From contig MCFE01000448.1 in the NCBI GenBank assembly GCA_002104905.1, forward strand, positions 9,428 to 73,427: 64,000 nt of DNA, given 5' to 3'. The translations under genes and the position numbers were made by a program. The notes under the pieces were generated by a model. It was given only the letters and a program-made list of their open reading frames with translations. It did not search any database and had not been told where the DNA came from. Below, piece by piece: positions 37,926 to 50,019 of this stretch (position 1 is the stretch's first letter; each line of letters begins with the position of its first letter). This DNA is from Basidiobolus meristosporus CBS 931.73. Taxonomy: Eukaryota > Fungi > Basidiobolomycota.

Positions 37926-38399
37926 TCTTTGTGCCTACTAATTCAGCTTGGCCAGAAAAGTGTAAGTAAAGTTTAATGAACTGTTTGGCTCAATATGTGT
38001 CTCAACAATGCTAAGATTGTATATCAGTCAAATTAAGAATTGATCAGCAAGAGCTGACTGAACCCCTTGAATGCATCAAGCTTGAAAAAAAATCCCTGAT
38101 ATTTGAGCACTCAAATCTTGCCAAGACAAGCTATGACAATCATCATAGAGATGAACTCCTTGAGATTATATTCAGTTACCAAAGTAAACTGTACTAATCA
38201 CAGAAGTTCTGGAGAATGTTGCCATATTAATTGTCAACACCAAAAATTCATTGCGCCTTGCACTACATCAGCCACCAAGAAGTCATGCCTTTGGATCTTC
38301 CAGATCTACATGTCTAACAGTACATGGAAAATTGTCTGACACCTCTTTTGCAGCCATTTTGAAGATACACTCAAAAAAGCACATCTGAACTGAGACTTA

Positions 38400-40850
38400 T
38401 AGAAGGCTAAAATGCAAAAGGGTGAATCTGTGGAACACTTCTGTGATAGATTCTTTAGACAACTGAGATTAGCCGGAGTCAATGATGATAATCTGTTACA
38501 TACAGCTTATTTTCTTCCAAACTTCTCACATCAGCTCCCAAGCAGAGTTGCTATTGTCAAAGCATGCACACCCTGCATATACCTAGGACAGGATCTCAGA
38601 GACATGCACACTTGTAATTGCCATGGCTGCCACTATTGGCCATACTTCTGGCTACTGCATGTAGGGTTCAGCAGCAATCCAAATAGGAACTGGTCATGTG
38701 ACCAAGAAGAAGTCAATTGCTACTAAGAATTGTGAGTTTCACAGAAGATACTATCATTCCACCAGCAAGTGCAAAGGCTTCACTAAACAGTCAAACATGT
38801 GAGGATATACCTCAGAGTAGCAGCAAAACACCAAATCTGACAACCCATATGCTGACAACAAATGATTCAGTTGTGGAAGGATGCACCATATATCACCTAC
38901 CTGTCCTGAGAAGAACTCTACATATATGGCAAAAATCACACAGATCCTATATGATGATTTGACCAATGATATAGCTGGGTATGAGGAAGGATATAAAGAA
39001 CTTACAACCCAAGATTGTCACAACCTCTTTGAATTTCTGGCCAAAATTGCAAGTGTTCAAGAAAAGAAGCAACCAATTACACAGCTAAAAGCCAAAGTGA
39101 TGCCACTCTCCCTCAATCACCAATCTATTGTAGCACCACTGGATACTGTAGCACCCAACGCTATTATATCATCCACTGTAGTCTAAGATTTCAGATTGGA
39201 TATAGTAAGCCTACCAGGAAAGTCATACTTGCTGCTAAGGACCTCTCAGACCCAAGAATTTTCTTTAGCTACCCAATTAACATACATTGTGGCTCAATAA
39301 CTATAACCCATCAAATGTAAGTTATTGACATGCTAGATAAATCTCAGGTGGTAATTGGTTTCAACAACTTTACCAGCATTGGCTTTCATATAGGATGACT
39401 CCAGCTTCCTGTCCTGGAATCACTAAGTTTCAGTGGCTTATAAAGGTACATGTTGATAATGTCACTATATTTTCCGCAAACCATAAAGATCAAGCAACTC
39501 ATGTCACTAATGTAATCAATAGATGGACAGCTGCTGGACTGATTTTCAATGCTGAAAAGTGCAATTTTGCTGGCCTCAAAATCAATCTACATGGACTTAG
39601 AGTCACACAGGCAGGCTACCAACTGGACCCTTCCAAGCTGGTCAGTATTCCTGAATGAACAACAGCCACTAGCAGCAAGCAGCTCCAGCATTATCTTGGA
39701 GTATTCTACTATTATGGGGGAGACTCACCACTCATGTCATCTTTGAGCTCATCTTTGCATGCATTCTGCCATAGTCCTGATCTCCCCTCCACCTGGAACA
39801 ACATTCATGACCAAGTATTTGTGTCATTCTACTAATTGTTCCCACAAAAGCTCACCTTGTTCTATCCAGACTTTGCTTAGCTGTTGGCTGTTGCTACAGA
39901 TGCACCTAGTGTTAGGTTAGGGGCTGTTGTACCAGTATGAAGACCAAAATCCACCTCAATGGATCTCTTTTCAGGTCAGATCCCTACAACTTGCTGAGAA
40001 AACTACTCTACTGCCAAGAAGGAGCTACTTGCAATAGTCTTTGTTTTGAATTAATTTTGCCAGCTTTGGTGGGGTAACCGTACTACCTTGTACAATACCA
40101 CTGGGCCATTGTTGATATCTACAGTTAAGAGGCTTTTCTCCTATGCTTAACCAAGGCTTGGTACTTGAGTATGAATACACAGTTATTCATTGCCTAGATA
40201 CTCTCAACATGCTGCATGACCATCTTTCAAGATATTTTCTGTCTCTGATTTGGTAGGAACATTTGATTATAGATAAGATCAGTAAGCTTACTACTATCTC
40301 CAAAGTAATCTCTCAACTGGATATAGCAACTTGGAAAATTGTACATGCAGATGAAAATGGCCCACTTTGGAACAGCCACACCTATGAGGAAGCTACACTC
40401 TGATGGATATCACAGGCCAAATATCAAAGCTAACTGCCTAGAGCTTGTCAAGTCTTGCAGAGAATGTCTTTTTTACAATATCAGCAGCAATAGATTTCAC
40501 TCTTTGAGTTCCATTCATGCAAGCCTTCCTACAGATCATATTGCAATTGATCTAACTGGACCTTCACCACTTATGATCATGGCAATCACTGCCACTTTGT
40601 TATTATGGATTCTTATGTTACAAGTATACTGCCATCATTGCACATGCATCATTTAAGCTCTTCTGCCACTTTGGATTCCCAGGGGTAATTCAATCAGCTA
40701 ATAGTGCAGAATTTGTGCATCATGTGATCAAAGCCCCTTACCAGAATGGTGCCATTGTTCTCTAGCTACTCAATCAATAACTTCACAAAGCTAAGGACTT
40801 GCTGAAAGACATGCTCAGACTTCAATGAACTTCTTCTGGGAAATGCATTA
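38400..40850 (+). mobile_element. Heavily decayed Ty3/gypsy internal region (gag, RT, RNase H, integrase) of a family other than A
   Basis: VHVDNVTIFS...NAEKCNF (YxDD region), ATDAPSVRLGAV...NYSTAKKELLAIVF (RNase H), HFGT...CRECL...HIAIDLTGP (integrase), in RT-RH-IN order. Confidence 0.75.
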
Positions 40851-41167
40851 AGGGAATCAAGCAGAGTTGGTGTTTGGTAGCAGTGCTTATTTGATCCTGA
40901 CCATAGGGGAACAATCATAAGAGCTTAGATCTGAAATAAAGTGTCATAGTGAGGGCTGCAAATGAGTCCCACCGTGATTAAGATTAGTCCAGAGCTGTTA
41001 AGTAAGCTTTTAGCTGCTGAATGATGCCAGATAGTTAAGTATCTTAACACTCCCCCTCCACTAAGTAACTCTTCAATCTGAATTTCTCTCTAAGATTCTC
41101 AAACTGTGCCCTAGCTGGTGGATTTGTCAATACAACTGCCACCATTGTGTCAGTTAGGGAGTAAGCT

Positions 41168-41516
41168 TGTTATGATCTGCCGCTTGAATGTTTAAGTTAG
41201 ATCAGTCCTTAGTCAAATCAATTAGTATATGTTTAGGTTATCAGCATATCAGTAATATCTATCAAATCAGTAGCATTAGTCAGCAGATCCATATCAGACA
41301 GATATAGATATATCAAGTAGGATCTTATTGGGTGATGATGATGCAATCAAATGAGTCATTGGCCACAACCTACATTAGGAAATACAATTAGTCAGCAATT
41401 GATCTGGCAAAATGTATATAAGGAGCTACTGGAACCTCAATAAAAATCAGTTCAAGTTTTAGTGAATACATTACTAGCTAAACTCCTCTACAACTCCTAT
41501 ACCAAGACTTGTAACA
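41168..41516 (+). mobile_element. Solo LTR-A, TSD AGCT/AACT, inside copia-E RNase H
   Basis: TGTTATGATC...CTTGTAACA. The host frame rejoins across it. Confidence 0.85.
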
Positions 41517-42632
41517 AACTAACTCTACTAAGTTCTTTCTATAGCCTCCCTCACAAATTAGTGTTATATATCTGTGTACTTAATTCTGGCATGATTGGTA
41601 GTATTCATAGCTAATGATATACAACTTTGATTATCCCTATAAATATATGTTGGTTCATCTGAGTTAAAGTCTGAGTCTTTGAGTATTTTTTGTAGCCATA
41701 TAGCCTTCTTAGTTGCCTGGCAAGCATCCATATACTCCGCCACTGGTGTAAACGGTGCCACTGTTGGCTGTGTCTTATAATCCCAGGTGATACCAGCATC
41801 AGCATATAGAAATACCAACACAATGATAGAGCAGCTGTCAAACAGATCCCTACCTCAATCTGCATTACTCTAACCATCATATCTTTGCCTATTAGTTGCT
41901 CCAGAGTATTCCAGTCCCATATTTATGGTACCATGCAGATATCTGAAAATTTGGATAACTACTGTAATTTGATCCAATCTTGAAATTTGCATAAGTTGAC
42001 TGACTACACCCACTCCCACTGCAATATCTTGATGTGTAGACGCTATCAAGTAGATCAAGATACCAATCATTGACTAATAGGGAGAATTTTGGTCAATATT
42101 TGGGCTGTTTTCACCTGAATCTGGCTGATATTTGCACAATTTCAGGTTATTGTCCATGGGGGTTACTGCAGGCTTGTAAATTTTCCATCTTGAAGCATCT
42201 AAAAATGTGACTGATGTTCCTGGATTAGCTCAGCACAAGCTTCTGCATAGGTATAGCAAATTTGACTTCAATTACATGAAAATAGTTCAATTTTCCAAGA
42301 TTCTTAATCTTAAACTTGCTGAAGAGATCTGATTTGGTTGGTTAAAGTACCTTCTGGTTACTTACAGCTATTATCATGTTGTGCAAATAAAGAACTAATA
42401 TCATCAGACCCTTCATAAGATCTTTTACATTTATACTGTGATCTGCAGTGCTACAAATGTACCCAATCCCCTTTGTATATGGGTCAATCTTGTTATACTA
42501 GGGTCTAGGTGCCTGCTTAAATCCATACAACAATTTTATGAGTTTGCAAACCTTGAAAGTGTATTTTGAGTTGATTAAACCTTAGGGTTGTTCCATATTT
42601 ATAGTTTCTTGCACATCTCCATTTAGAAAGGC

Positions 42633-43001
42633 TGTTACAAGTCTTGGTATAAGAGTTGTAGTGGAATAGGGAGTTTAGCTAGTATTGCACTCACTAAAAC
42701 TTGAACTGGTCTTTATTGAGGTTCCAGCATCTCCTTATATACATTTTGCAAGATCAACTGCTGACTAATTGTATTTTCTAATGTAGGCTGTAGGTGATGA
42801 CTTATTTGATTGCATCATTATCATGCAATAAGATCCTACTTGATATATCTATATCTGTCTGATAAGGATCTGCTGATTCATTGACTGACTAATGCTGCTG
42901 ATTTGATAGATAATACTGATATACTTATAAGCTAAACATATAACTAATTGATTTGACTAAAAACTGCTCTAACTTAAACATTCAAGCGGTAGATCTTAAC
43001 A
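42633..43001 (-). mobile_element. Solo LTR-A, perfect 4-bp TSD AGGC, inside copia-E RT
   Basis: TGTTACAAG...TCTTAACA. Removing it and one AGGC restores ...NIAFLNG. Confidence 0.9.
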
Positions 43002-44027
43002 AGGCTATATTATTGTCCATGTGGTGCCAATCTAGGTTATATACAGTGGCAAAGGCTAGAACACTCCTGATGGAGTTAGGTTTGGCTACCAGAGCAAATA
43101 CTTTGTTAATTACAAGTCCCTGGATCTGGAAAAAGCCACTAGTCATTAATCTAGCTTCATACTTATAAACAGTACTATTTGAGGCTATTTGCTCTTGAAG
43201 AGCTGTCTGCATCCTGCTGGCTTTCTTCCATTTGGTAAATCCATCTGTCCCAACATTTTTACATCAATCAGTGATTGGTACTCCTCCTGCATGGCTTGTT
43301 GCAGTATAATAGCATCAGTACCTTGCATTACCTGTTACAGATTCTGAGGTTTGGCACATAAGACAAGATAAGCTTCAGAATTATTGGATTTCTGCCACCA
43401 GGATCCAGGAGCCTTTCTTATTCTGGTAGATCTCCTAACTGGGAGAATATGCTCTGATCTGAAGCAGGTAGAAGTTTCCTCCATTTCTGCTGATTTAGCT
43501 ATTTTTTGTCTTCATTTCTATTGATTTCATCATCAAGCAGCTGACCAATGATCTTAAAGGCTTTCTGATCTGAAGTCTCCACATTTACAGAGTCCCTAGT
43601 GTTGATCAGCTTCTTTGTTTTGTCATTGTACACTTTATACCCTTCAGTAACTTCACAGCACCCAGAAAGATCTATTTTCTACTCTTTAGTACCAACCTTG
43701 AGTGTGCTTTGTCAGAGATGTGACAGAAAGCAACCTGCCAAAGATCCTCAGGTGCTTGAGGTCTGGTTATTGGCCTGTGTATGCTTCAAAGGGTGAAGAA
43801 TCATGTATTACTGCTGCTGGGCATCCATTCTTGACATATACTGTATTAGTCACAGATTCCGCCCAGAACTTGTAGTCCATTCCCTTATTGTATAATATAG
43901 ATCTTCCAATCTCTACTATTATTCCATTTGCACATTCTGATGCTCTATTTTGCTGAGGAGTGTATGGAACAGTACTTTGTTGAAGTAAACCAGTATTCAA
44001 GCAGTATTTTGCAAATTCCTAGGGCGG

Positions 44028-47000
44028 TGTGGTAGGGTAAACATACCTCCCACAGACAAGTTTATTCATATAGTCATTATGATATACTTATCCATATTTT
44101 ATCTTATCAGTATTATCCCATTCTTCTTTTGCCCATATTATCAGTATTATCCCCATATGATGTTTACCCTGATTAGTTATTAGCATTAGTTATCCCAGAT
44201 GTTATTTAGCTTTGTGATCAGTAGATGTATCTATATAAGGCAAGTACCCGCGTCAGTACCCGTGACACATGACCTAGGTCTGTGTTACCATCCCTACCAT
44301 TTCAATACCATATATGGTATTTCTATGTTGCACAGGTTTCAGACTACTGATTCCTGATTGGTTGAGAGTGCTGTGCCTTTTAGAACCTTCCAGGACATTC
44401 TTAGCATATTTTTAGCTCATAGTGATGTCATCAAGAATTCCACTGATACCTAGAATCTTCTAGAACCTTGTCATTAGTAATCACTTGGCAATCAGGAAAA
44501 GTATTTAAGGGAAAGCAATCCCTCATCAATAAATCATCCCTTCTATCAGTAACACTTCTACCTTATTGATTAGCAGTTGATCACTGCACCTGCCTTCAAC
44601 AGTACATCTCAGACCTGCCATCAAGGAGCTTTTCAGGGTAGTGCACAAGACACACAGAGGCCTTTGGAGACACTTGGAGCACCTAGGAAGCTAGAGAAGC
44701 AGGAGCTTTTACCATAGTGACATATTGACAAAGACACCAGCAGTTTAGACACAGAGGTTATTGCACCCATCAGACACCTCACACACCTTGAGTTGTGTAG
44801 CTTCTCCAAGGAGTACCTCTACACCACCACATATTTGGCACCCAACGTGGGGGGTTTGACTGAACTGCCCCTAGAAGACTTAAGAAAGAACAAATTATCA
44901 AGACCATGGATCTACCTTTACCAGGAATGCAAGGAACTCCTTTCTTTGATGGAACCAAAGTTAAAGCTTTCATCAAGAGGTGGGAGCTTTTCTGCAGAGC
45001 CCACAAAATACCTGAGGCCATTATGGCTGAAGAGATGCCCCCCTACAGCACTGATGAGATCATGCTCTCATTATATGAAAGAAATGATCTGCTGACAAAT
45101 TGGACCCTCTTGAAGAGCTACTTGATTGATGAATATGGAGAGAGACAAGTTGACTACACACTTCAAGACTTGGAGAACTTTGCTTATAGCAAGTTTAAGC
45201 AGCTACCATTGAAAGAATACTTGAGTGGCCTTGAGCAAATTGGAGAGTCACTGACAGCCCAAGGCATTATCACTGATCTGACTTTATCTGCCTATCTGCT
45301 CAGAGCACTACCAGAAGGCCTGGTGAGAAGGATTGAAAACAATCCTACTGTGAAAGCTATGAGTTCACTGCCTGCATTTCAGTTAGCTAAGCAGATTCTA
45401 CTTGCCCCTGAAGAAACCTCACCAATCAGAAAGCTTCTTTCAAGCCCAGAACAAAACCAAGATAGCCAAGACATACTTAATCCCAGCAATCAAAGCACTC
45501 AAATTCAGGAGCTGACACAGCAACTAGAGAAACTCTCTTTGCTACTTGCCAGCAAAGCATATGGTCAGAAGCCAGTAGAGAAAGAAGTCAAATATACATG
45601 CATGTGGTGTGACTCTGCCAACCATTCCAAGAGAAATTGCCAAGAGCTTCAGTCATTACTATCCACAGGTGATGTCCTATATAGTCCTCAGGGATACATA
45701 GTCAGTAAGCATGGTGACAAATTATCCACAGCATTTGGACAAGGAGGAATGAGAGTTCACTACAAGCAAGTCACCTCTCAAACAAGAAAGGTTCACCTCC
45801 ATGAAGAAGAAGATCCTGACTACTTTGATCCAGCTGAAGTTCTGAACTTTGACTATGAGGACCCCAGAGAGGCCCAAGATCATATAGCTTCAATTTATGC
45901 TTCAAAGAGACACCATCCTGAAAAAATGGCTAATCCAGGCCCAGCAACAAAAGTACCAAGATGTGAGCCAGAAGTTGTGATTGAGAAGAAAGCATCACCC
46001 CCATTAATTTTACAAGAGTCTGCCAAGGCCAACAACTACCACATGCAGCCTAGAGTCAAGCAAAAGGGTACCCCAGAGGCTCTGACAAGTCATATACTAG
46101 GAAGCAACATATCAATCAAGGTTGGAGAGCTACTCAGTGTATCACCATCTGTAAGAAAGACTCTGGATGAGCATATCAGAATAAGAAAGCATCCAATTGA
46201 AGCAACTCAAGGCAACCAGGTCAGGACAGTTCAAGGAAGCCAAGATATCAGTAAGCTGCATCAAAGCCAGAAACACTACTACTCAGTGGCAACTGCAACA
46301 ACTACAGGAACTGTGCATAATCAAGAAATCCTATGTCATATAGACAGTGGATCTGAGATATGTGTGATGCCTTTGGAGGCTTGGAAACAACTACCATGCA
46401 AAGACCTATTGCCCATAGACACCAATATCAATTGGAGCATGAAGGATGCCAACTCAGGGCAATCAAAGCTTTTAGGAATTATTCACAGCTTCCCTCTCAT
46501 CATTGAAGGAATACCCCATGAGATCCCAGTATTCATTTGTGCAAAGGCTAACTTTGAATTACTTCTTGGAAGACCATGGGAGGTAAAAGCAAGAGCAACT
46601 GCAGTGAACTACCCAGATGGCTCAGCATGGTATACTATATACTCAGAGAGCCCAGGACTAACAGCAACCTTCTGTGGTGTGGACTCAAACAATATCCGAT
46701 CAATGACATCATGTAGATTTCTATCTCAAGAAAGGACAGGTGGCTTCATTGAGGAAGACTGAGAGAGCACTTTGTTCTCCAAACTTACAGTGGTTAGCTA
46801 AAAAGTTCCCTGAAACTTTTTAGCTCAAGTGGGGGGTGGATGTGGTAGGGTAAACATACCTCCCACAGACAAGTTTATTCATATAGTCATTATGATATAC
46901 TTATCCATATTTTATCTTATCAGTATTATCCCATTCTTCTTTTGCCCATATTATCAGTATTATCCCCATATGATGTTTACCCTGATTAGTTATTAGCATT

Positions 47001-47644
47001 AGTTATCCCAGATGTTATTTAGCTTTGTGATCAGTAGATGTATCTATATAAGGCAAGTACCCGCGTCAGTACCCGTGACACATGACCTAGGTCTGTGTTA
47101 CCATCCCTACCATTTCAATACCATATATGGTATTTCTATGTTGCACAGGTTTCAGACTACTGATTCCTGATTGGTTGAGAGTGCTGTGCCTTTTAGAACC
47201 TTCCAGGACATTCTTAGCATATTTTTAGCTCATAGTGATGTCATCAAGAATTCCACTGATACCTAGAATCTTCTAGAACCTTGTCATTAGTAATCACTTG
47301 GCAATCAGGAAAAGTATTTAAGGGAAAGCAATCCCTCATCAATAAATCATCCCTTCTATCAGTAACACTTCTACCTTATTGATTAGCAGTTGATCACTGC
47401 ACCTGCCTTCAACAGTACATCTCAGACCTGCCATCAAGGAGCTTTTCAGGGTAGTGCACAAGACACACAGAGGCCTTTGGAGACACTTGGAGCACCTAGG
47501 AAGCTAGAGAAGCAGGAGCTTTTACCATAGTGACATATTGACAAAGACACCAGCAGTTTAGACACAGAGGTTATTGCACCCATCAGACACCTCACACACC
47601 TTGAGTTGTGTAGCTTCTCCAAGGAGTACCTCTACACCACCACA
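44028..47644 (+). mobile_element. Young non-autonomous LTR retroelement (family B), 3617 bp: 804-bp LTRs (44028-44831, 46841-47644), tRNA-Lys PBS, Gag-protease ORF only, PPT, TSD GCGG
   Basis: The LTRs are TGTGG..CCACA and I found no difference between them by eye. PBS TGGCACCCAACGTGGGG at 44836-44852, PPT AAGTGGGGGGTGGA at 46827-46840, gcgg on both flanks. Confidence 0.95.
44906..46762 (+). CDS. Intact 618-aa Gag + aspartic protease polyprotein (Ty3/gypsy-like; no RT, RNase H or integrase)
   Basis: Capsid-like start PFFDGTKVKAFIKRWE, CX2CX4HX4C knuckle CMWCDSANHSKRNC, protease ILCHIDSGSEICVM...FELLLGRPW. The stop lies 78 nt before the 3' LTR. Confidence 0.9.
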   Translation: MDLPLPGMQGTPFFDGTKVKAFIKRWELFCRAHKIPEAIMAEEMPPYSTDEIMLSLYERNDLLTNWTLLKSYLIDEYGERQVDYTLQDLENFAYSKFKQLPLKEYLSGLEQIGESLTAQGIITDLTLSAYLLRALPEGLVRRIENNPTVKAMSSLPAFQLAKQILLAPEETSPIRKLLSSPEQNQDSQDILNPSNQSTQIQELTQQLEKLSLLLASKAYGQKPVEKEVKYTCMWCDSANHSKRNCQELQSLLSTGDVLYSPQGYIVSKHGDKLSTAFGQGGMRVHYKQVTSQTRKVHLHEEEDPDYFDPAEVLNFDYEDPREAQDHIASIYASKRHHPEKMANPGPATKVPRCEPEVVIEKKASPPLILQESAKANNYHMQPRVKQKGTPEALTSHILGSNISIKVGELLSVSPSVRKTLDEHIRIRKHPIEATQGNQVRTVQGSQDISKLHQSQKHYYSVATATTTGTVHNQEILCHIDSGSEICVMPLEAWKQLPCKDLLPIDTNINWSMKDANSGQSKLLGIIHSFPLIIEGIPHEIPVFICAKANFELLLGRPWEVKARATAVNYPDGSAWYTIYSESPGLTATFCGVDSNNIRSMTSCRFLSQERTGGFIEED

Positions 47645-49040
47645 GCGGTATCCCTCTTCATTTTCACTTTGAAGTACCTTCAATTTACATACAGTTTGTG
47701 GTTCTGCTTTACTCTTGAAGTGCTTGTTCATCTCTACGGCCTCAACCTTTCTCTTGAGGAAGTACATCTAAGCAAATACTGTCTTCTCATCAATAAATGT
47801 TATAAAATATTTCTTGGCTGCAAAGCAGAGTGTTCTCATGGGCCCATATATATTGGAGTGCACAATATCCAGCATTCTGGTGATATTGATGCCTTCTGAG
47901 CTCCTGAAGTGTTGCTTAACTTGCTTGCCATATGAAAATCCCTTACTGACACTCAATTTAATTGTAATTCCACAGTTAGGGCACATTGAAACTGGTAGAT
48001 AATGTGATCTCTGATTCCCATAGCTAATTTTTGTCCATTTTAATGCAATGTTGAGTAGCTTAGCTTAGTCAAAATAAGCTTCAGTCCCTGAGTAGTTGCT
48101 TTATTGACTGAGAATAGTTTCTTAACTATTCTAAGAACATAGAGCATGTCAGTTGGTTTGCTGTTGTCACCCTTGAGATATCACACCTATTTGTGAGCCT
48201 TTCTGAGCTAAATTAAGCATTATCTTCAGTTTTCTCTGCTTGATTATTACATGTGAGTTTCTCATGAAGAAGTCTTCCTTGGATATAGTTCAGCATCAGT
48301 TTGTGTCCTCTACTTTCAAAAGAAAGTATTGGTGGCCCATACTTGCCTGGTAAGCTGCAAAGCAGACAAAGTGTCTCTTCTTTGTCATCTTCACCAGCAT
48401 TAATACTGTTTAATACTTCTGCAAGTGTCTCCATCCTGGTATTCAGTTGTAGCACTTCATCATCCAGCTTCTTCCTCATATTAAAGAGCTTTTGCCTTAA
48501 TTAAAGCTTCTTGACACTGACTCTGCTCTAAGAGTCTTCTCTAAGAACTCCCAAGTAGCTTTGGCAGTATTTGAAGCACAAATTTGTGCAATGACAGAAT
48601 CTTGCTCTGTGATACATATGGCATTAATGGCCTTTGTATTCTCCTCAGGAAACTACTCAATCTACTATGCTGCTTCATTGTGCTCAACTTCTCTTCCAGT
48701 TACCATATTCCATAACTATTTTTTGTCAAGGTGGGTCTGCATCTTGATTCTCCAAAGTCAGCAGTTCTTCCCATCAAACCTCTCCTTTACAGGGAAGATG
48801 TTTATGTTGTTCAAGATCATAGATCAGAAAGAATGTGGCAAAGTTAGAGCTGCAAATAAGTCCTACAGTGACTAAGATTAGTCTTTGTTGGTTAAGTGAG
48901 CTTTTAGCTGCTGGATGATGCCAAACAGTCTAATATCTTGACAGTTCACACTTTTAATTAGACCAAGTATACATCTATACTCATGGATATATTCTTGGAC
49001 CATTCCTTTCTGTCAAAGTGATGTCTGCTGGTGTGGACGC

Positions 49041-49844
49041 TGTGGTAGGGTAAACATACCTCCCACAGACAAGTTTATTCATATAGTCATTATGATATAC
49101 TTATCCATATTTTATCTTATCAGTATTATCCCATTCTTCTTTTGCCTATGTTATCAGTATTATCCCTATATGATGTTTACCCTAATTAGTTATTAGCATT
49201 AGTTATCCCAGATGTTATTCAGCTTTGTGATCAGTATATGTATCTACATAAGGCAAGTACCAGTGTCAGTACCCGTGACACATGACCTAGGTCTGTGTTA
49301 CCATCCCTACCATTTCAATACCATATATGGTATTTCTATGTTGCACAGGTTTCAGACTACTGATTCCTGATTGGTTGAATGTGCTGTGCCTTTTAGAACC
49401 TTCCAGGACATTCTTGGTATATTTTTAGCTCATAGTGATGTCATCAAGAATTCCACTGATACCTAGAATCTTCTAGAACCTTGTCATTAGTAATCAATTG
49501 GCAATCAGGAAAAGTATTCAAGGGAAAGCATTCCCTCATCAATAAATCATCCCTTCTATCAGTAACACTTCCACCTTATTGATTAGCAGTTGATCACTGC
49601 ACCTGCCTTCAACAGTACATCTCAGACCTGTCATCAAGGAGCTTTTTAAGGTAGCGCACAAGACACACAGAGGCCTTTGGAGACACTAGGAACACCTAAG
49701 AAGCTAGTGAAGCAGGAGCTTTTACCATAGTGGCATATTGACAAACACACCAGCAGTTTAGACACAGAGGGCATTGCACCCATCAGACACCTCACACACC
49801 TTGAGTTGTGTAGCTTCTCCCAGGAGTACCTCTACACCACCAAA
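49041..49844 (+). mobile_element. Solo LTR-B (804 bp), older, TSD ACGC/ATGC, inserted in a gypsy-A-like gag remnant
   Basis: Collinear with 44028-44831 with scattered substitutions. Flanks acgc (49037-49040) and atgc (49845-49848). Confidence 0.92.
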
Positions 49845-50019
49845 ATGCTCAATTACATCCTAAATTTCCAACATAAACTTATCCATGGTAGATAGTAAAG
49901 CATAATATCCTGGAGGAGGACTTGATCTTGTTGTGTCAACACCATAAGGCTACATCTGCCAAATAAGATAATGGTATTCCATAATGAAGGTTGTGGCTAA
50001 TGACTCATTGGATTGCATC

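Larger units (their letters stand above)
40870..48943 (-). mobile_element. Decayed Ty1/copia family E element hosting three younger insertions
   Basis: A partial 5' LTR starts at 48943 and a gag homologous to 61781 follows. Integrase (TVPYTPQQN), RT (YEARL, HHMDNNIAFLNG), RNase H, then PPT GGAGGGGGAG and a 3' LTR starting at 41049. Confidence 0.85.

Noticed and set aside
44779-45095. Additional short ORFs or an env-like gene in the family-B element
   Set aside because: These ORFs start within the LTR or overlap gag in other frames and show no signal peptide or domain. There is no room for an env between the stop codon and the PPT.
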